Positions 57,533 through 64,000 of a stretch of DNA of 64,000 bases are shown here, one piece after another. The DNA is taken from contig CAWJKZ010000014.1 of assembly GCA_963843575.1 (NCBI GenBank), positions 480,001 through 544,000 of the forward strand, in the 5' to 3' direction. This stretch comes from an uncultured Acidobacteriota bacterium (GTDB taxonomy: Bacteria > Acidobacteriota > UBA6911). Under the pieces are notes generated by a model. The model was not told the DNA's origin, did no database searches, and saw only the letters and a list, made by a program, of their open reading frames with translations. The stretch's first letter is position 1. Each line of letters starts with the position of its first letter. A program made the position numbers and the translations under genes.

Positions 57533-60500
57533 GCAAGCCCGGAATGGCCGGCAAGGTGGCCCACGCCTTCCTCAATTCGAAGTTGACCCCGCTGATCCTG
57601 ATCGCCTCTATCGCACTGGGCGCGGCCGCCGTCGTCCTGCTCCCCAGGGAGGAGGAACCGCAGATCGTCGTCCCGATGATCGACATCTTCGTCTCGTACC
57701 CGGGGGCTTCCCCGAAGGAAGTCGAGACCCGCATCGTCCGTCCCATGGAACAGCTCCTGTGGGAGATCCCGGGAGTCGAGTACATCTACAGTACGGCGAG
57801 CCCCGGTTCGAGCATGACGATCGTCCGGTTCTTCGTCGGGGAGGATGAGGAGAAGAGCATCGTCCGGCTCAACCAGAAGATGTTCGCGAACTTCGACCTG
57901 ATCCCGCCCGGGGCGTCGCAGCCGCTGATCAAGCCGCGCTCGATCGACGATGTCCCGTTCCTGGCCTTGACCCTGTGGAGCAAGGAGCTGGACGGCTACC
58001 AGATCAGACGCGCGGCCGCCGAGTTGCGCAACGAGGTCCAGAAAATCCCCGACATCGCCGCCACCGAGATCATCGGCGGCCAGCGCAGGCAGCTCCGGGT
58101 GGAACTGGACGCAACACAACTCGCGGCCTACGGGATCGGCGCCGGCCAGTTGCGTGGGGCACTGCAGGCGGAAAACCGCGAGACCGACGCCGGCGAGATC
58201 ACCCGGGGCAACGAGGTTTTCTCGGTTCGCCTGAACGGTTTTCTCCGGAGCGCCGAGGACCTCCAGAACCTCGTCGTCGGGATGCGAGACGGCGCGCCCG
58301 TCTACCTGCGCAACGTGGCGCGCGTGCTGGATGGACCGGAGGAACCGAAAGACTACGTCTTCTTCGCCCCGGGGCCGGCTGCCAGCTCCAAGGGCATAGA
58401 CATGCAGCCGGGGTCCGGCGCGGAGGGGACTGCCCCTCGTCTCCCTGGATCCCGCCACGGGAGGGTCGGGCACGCCTGGTGCCGGGCTGTTCCCGGGCGT
58501 GACGCTTTCGGTGGCCAAGCGCAAGGGCAAGAACGCCGTTGACCTCGCCCGCCAGGTGGAGCAGCGCGCGGAGGAGTTCCGGGCCCGCTATTTCCCGGCA
58601 TCCCTCCAGATGACCGTGACCCGGAACTACGGCGAAACCGCGGCGGAGAAATCGAACGAGCTGCTGCTCCACATGATGATCGCCGTCCTTTCGGTCACGC
58701 TGCTGATCTGGCTCATCCTCGGATTCCGCGAGGCGGGGGTCGTGGCGGTAGCCATCCCGGTGACGCTTGCCCTGACCCTCATCGTCTTCCTGCTGTACGG
58801 GTATACGTTGAACCGGATCACGCTCTTCGCCCTGATCTTTTCCATCGGTATCCTGGTCGACGACGCGATCGTCGTGGTCGAGAACATCGTGCGGCACAAG
58901 AGGCTCCCCGAAAACCGCGGCCGCAGTTTCGTCGACGTGGCCGTCGAGGCGGTCGACGAGGTGGGCAATCCGACGATTCTCGCCACCCTGACCGTCATCG
59001 CGGCGATCCTGCCGATGGCCGCCGTGCGCGGCCTGATGGGTCCGTACATGCGCCCGATCCCGATCGGCGCCTCGGCCGCCATGATCTTCTCGCTGCTGGT
59101 CGCCTTCGTCGTGACACCCTGGGCCGCCGCGCGTTTACTCCGGCCCGCGGGGGGCGGCCACGCGCACGAGGATGGGGACGGGGACGACTGGTCGACCCGG
59201 CTCTACCGCCGCTTCATGGGGAGGCTCCTTTCCAGCGACAGGTACCAATGGGCGTTCCTCGGGTTGGTCTCCGTGCTACTGCTGGCCTCGATGAGCCTGG
59301 TCTATTTCCGGCTGGTTGTCGTGAAGATGCTCCCCTTCGACAACAAGAGCGAGTTCCAGGTCATCGTGGACATGCCCGAAGGGACGAGCCTGGAGAAGAC
59401 CGCCGCGGTCACGCGGGAACTCGCCGTGCAGCTCCAGCAGGTCCCGGAGGTTACCGATTACGAGACATACGTGGGTACGGCCTCCCCGTTCAACTTCAAC
59501 GGGCTGGTCCGTCATTACTATGTCCGGCGCGGGTCGAACGTCGCCGACATCCAGGTCAACCTCACCCCCAAGGGAGAGCGCTCGGCGCAGAGCCACGCGA
59601 TCGCGCTGCGAACCCGCACACTGCTGCAGCCGATCGCTCAGAAGCACGGCGCGAGGATCAAGGTGGCCGAGGTGCCGCCCGGCCCACCCGTACTGCAAAC
59701 GCTCGTCGCCGAGATCTATGGTCCGGACTATTCCAGGCAGGTGGAACTCGCCCGCAGCGTGCGGGACACCCTCGACAAGACGCCCGGGATCGTGGACGTC
59801 GACTGGTATGTCGAAGACCCGCAGCGCGAGATGCGCTTCCGTGTGGACCGCCTGAAGGCGTCGCTCGCCGGCGTCTCTCTCGGCGACATCCAGCAGACCG
59901 TGCAGGTCGGGGTTTCCGGCAGCATCGCGGGCCTCGCACATCTCTCGAGCGAGTCCGAGGACGTGCCCATAACCGTGCGGCTCCCGCTGGAGGCCCGCAC
60001 CGAGGTGTCAGATCTGAACAAGCTGCGGATAGCTTCGGCGGCAGGCCGCCTGGTCCCGCTGTCCGAGCTCGGTGTTTGGGAAGAATCGCTGCGCGAACCC
60101 AGCATTTACCACAAGAACCTCATGCCGGTGGTCTACGTGACCGCAGACGTCGCCGGCCACGAGGAGAGCCCGGTGTATCCCATCCTCAAACTCGACGGCG
60201 AGCTGCGCTCGATGAGGCTGCCCGAGGGGTACACCATGGAGACCTACACGGCCCGTCAGCCGGAGAACAGCGACCGCCTGGCGATGAAGTGGGATGGGGA
60301 GTGGCACATCACCTACGAGGTCTTCCGCGACCTGGGACTGGCCTTTGCCGCGGTCCTGGTCCTGATCTACATCCTGGTGGTAGCATGGTTCCAGAGTTTC
60401 AAGACGCCGCTGGTGATCATGGCCGCGATCCCCTTCTCCCTGGTCGGCATCCTGCCGGCGCATTGGGGATTCGGCGCCTTCTTTACGGCAACTTCGATGA

Positions 60501-60811
60501 TCGGTTTCATCGCCGGCGCCGGCATCGTGGTGCGCAACTCCATCATCCTGGTGGATTTCATCGAGTTGAGGCTCCAGGCGGGCGAATCGCTGCGCCAGGC
60601 TGTCGTCGAGGCGGGGGCCGTTCGGTTCCGGCCCATGATGCTCACGGCCGCCGCGGTTGTCGTCGGCTCGGCCGTGATCCTGTTCGACCCGATTTTCCAG
60701 GGCCTCGCCATCTCGCTGATGGCCGGGGAGGTCGCGTCGCTGCTGTTGAGCCGCATGACGGTCCCGGTGTTGTTTTTCATGCTGCGCCGCTGGGAGCTGA
60801 GCCGGCGGTAG
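57529..60811 (+). pseudogene. RND efflux permease (AcrB/CusA family), split by a +1 frameshift between 58400 and 58540
   Basis: PREEEPQI.VP, YPGASP.EVE; then [47 protein letters not shown]; likely an extra G in GGGG at 58425-58428. Confidence 0.85.
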
Positions 60812-60842
60812 GCGTTCTGTCTTTCAGGAGAGGGGGATGGGA

Positions 60843-61034
60843 ATGAGTCTCGAAAGGTGGATCCGGCTGATCGCGGGGTCGTTTGTCCTTATAAGCCTGG
60901 CGCTGGCCCACTGGGTGAACCCGAACTGGCTGTGGTTCACTGCGTTCGTTGGGGCGAACCTGTTTCAGTCGTCGCTGACCCGGTGGTGCCTGATGGAAGA
61001 CATCCTGAAAAAAATCGGGATCGGCAGGGCGTGA
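60843..61034 (+). CDS. DUF2892 / YgaP-like membrane protein
   Basis: ERWIRLIAG...WL.FTAFVGANLFQSSLT.WCLM..ILKK.G; AGGAG SD. Confidence 0.88.
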   Translation: MSLERWIRLIAGSFVLISLALAHWVNPNWLWFTAFVGANLFQSSLTRWCLMEDILKKIGIGRA

Positions 61035-61103
61035 CGGCGGAAGCCGGAAGCCTGGAGCCGGAAGCAACTCCTGCTGCCTGGCTTCCGTCTTCCGGCTTCC
61101 GTC
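61033..61103. repeat. inverted heptamer arrays (GGAAGCC)n/(GGCTTCC)n forming a hairpin between convergent genes
   Basis: GGAAGCC GGAAGCC TGGAGCC GGAAGC ... GGCTTCC GTCTTCC GGCTTCC, followed by TTTTT; may act as a terminator. Confidence 0.7.
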
Positions 61104-61107
61104 TTTT

Positions 61108-62517
<1,410 letters not shown>

Positions 62518-62738
62518 AGATCCTCCCGTTCTTCGGTTTCAGAAAAACGCCAGGCGGAAACGCGTCATAATACTTCAAGGCGGGGGCAAAACACAGACTC
62601 GAGATCCGCGCAGCCGCCGCAGCCCGCCAGGCGGGCCGCCAATTTCTCCCCGGGGTTTACATCGTGTCCCGCTTACGATAGGGTTTTAGTCTGGTGTATC
62701 CGGGTTCTTCCGGCTCCCGTTCCCTGCGAGGCTGACTG

Positions 62739-64000
62739 ATGGCTACCCAGCTGAATATAGACGACCTGTGCATCAATACGATCCGGACCCTGTCCATGGA
62801 TGCGGTCCAGAAAGCCAAGTCGGGACACCCCGGCATGCCGATGGGCATGGCCGCGGCAGCCTATGTGCTCTGGACGCGCTTTCTGCGCCATAACCCGCGC
62901 AACCCGGCGTGGCCGAACCGCGACCGGTTTATCCTCTCGGCCGGGCACGGGTCGATGCTGTTGTACTCGCTGCTCTACCTCACGGGCTACGACCTTCCGC
63001 TCGAAGAGCTTAAGCGGTTCCGACAGTGGGGGAGCAAGACGCCGGGACACCCGGAATTCGGCGAGGTCCCGGGGGCTGAGGTCACGACGGGGCCCCTCGG
63101 GCAGGGCTTCGGAAACGGGATCGGGATGGCCATCGCCGCGCGGCACCTGGCCGCCCGCGTAAACACCCCCGAGCTCCCCGTGATCGACCACTTCATTTAC
63201 GCCATCGTCTCGGATGGGGACCTGATGGAAGGGGTGGCTTCCGAAGCCGCATCACTTGCCGGTCACCTGCGGCTGGGCAACATCATCTACCTCTATGACA
63301 ACAACCGCATCACCATCGAGGGGAGCACGGGGCTGACCTTCACCGAAAACGTGAGCGCCCGCTTCGAAGCCTACGGCTGGCACGTCCAGGAAATTGGCGG
63401 ATATGACCTGGAAGCCATCGACCGCGCCGTACGAAACGCGCAGTCCGTGACCGACCGGCCTTCTCTTATCAACGTACACACACACATCGGCTTCGGGAGC
63501 CCGAACAAGCAGGACACCGCCGAGGCGCACGGTTCCCCCCTGGGCGAAGAGGAGGTGCGTCTCACCAAGCAGAATCTAGGGTGGCCGACCGGCGACGCGT
63601 TCCTGGTCCCGGACGAGGCGCTCGCCACGTTCCGGAGCGCCGTCGACCGGGGCAGCCGCCTCGAGGCCGAGTGGCTGCTGCTGCTCGGGAAGCTCTCCGT
63701 GCAGGCACCCGAGCGCTTCGCCGAGTGGCAGGTGTTGAGCGCCGGTGGACTGCGCCCCGACTGGGAGGCACACGTCCCCGCTTTCGCCGGCGAGACGAAG
63801 CCGATCGCCACCCGAGAGGCCTCGGGTAGGGTGCTCGCAGCCCTGTTCCCACACGCTCCCGGTCTGCTCGGAGGATCGGCCGACCTGTCGCCCTCGACCA
63901 ACACGTACGTCAAGTCCTTCGGTGATTTCTCCGCCGACAACTACCAGGGGCGCAACTTTCACTTCGGCGTCCGGGAACACGGGATGGGGGCCATCCTGAA
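62739..64000 (+). CDS. tkt: transketolase (partial, runs off the window end)
   Basis: Manual translation from ATG 62739: [75 protein letters not shown]. Confidence 0.96.
   Translation, partial: MATQLNIDDLCINTIRTLSMDAVQKAKSGHPGMPMGMAAAAYVLWTRFLRHNPRNPAWPNRDRFILSAGHGSMLLYSLLYLTGYDLPLEELKRFRQWGSKTPGHPEFGEVPGAEVTTGPLGQGFGNGIGMAIAARHLAARVNTPELPVIDHFIYAIVSDGDLMEGVASEAASLAGHLRLGNIIYLYDNNRITIEGSTGLTFTENVSARFEAYGWHVQEIGGYDLEAIDRAVRNAQSVTDRPSLINVHTHIGFGSPNKQDTAEAHGSPLGEEEVRLTKQNLGWPTGDAFLVPDEALATFRSAVDRGSRLEAEWLLLLGKLSVQAPERFAEWQVLSAGGLRPDWEAHVPAFAGETKPIATREASGRVLAALFPHAPGLLGGSADLSPSTNTYVKSFGDFSADNYQGRNFHFGVREHGMGAIL

Noticed and set aside
56770-58540. Programmed ribosomal frameshifting in the efflux operon
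   Set aside because: No canonical slippery heptamers; the shifts fall in short homopolymers typical of sequencing indels.

Overview
GC-rich bacterial chromosomal segment, most likely Acidobacteriota. This is inferred from an acidobacterial-type VWA protein, the ECF/zinc anti-sigma/secreted-protein trio, futalosine-pathway mqnA and the repeat families. The right half is mostly housekeeping (coaE, asnS, mqnA, dprA, topA, EF-G2, lgt, rluD, thiI, gnd, tkt) and includes an ArsR-TolC-MFP-RND-DUF2892 efflux operon. The left half is accessory: secreted phosphoesterases, a type III PKS/membrane protein/UbiG-like methyltransferase/ACP/FabF cluster, an EfpL-type EF-P paralog bracketed by two MITEs, a GH172 glycosidase, a secreted atypical kinase-fold protein, an IorAB-like molybdoenzyme, a pilin and a stand-alone nuoL-nuoM pair. 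Highlights: (1) a 75-aa glutaredoxin-like selenoprotein missing from the ORF track, with two in-frame UGA codons each followed by a SECIS-like hairpin; (2) the type III PKS has Asp at its catalytic Asn position and is coupled to an unknown membrane protein with a duplicated DE..H..E..H motif; (3) a nested REPIN>MITE>REP element with a 4-bp target duplication; (4) a P-loop kinase/dCMP deaminase fusion with AvcD/Dcd1-like architecture. Five frameshifts, mostly traceable to short homopolymer runs, probably reflect assembly errors. No rRNA, tRNA, CRISPR array or transposase gene was seen. All product calls come from motif recognition by eye, not from database searches.
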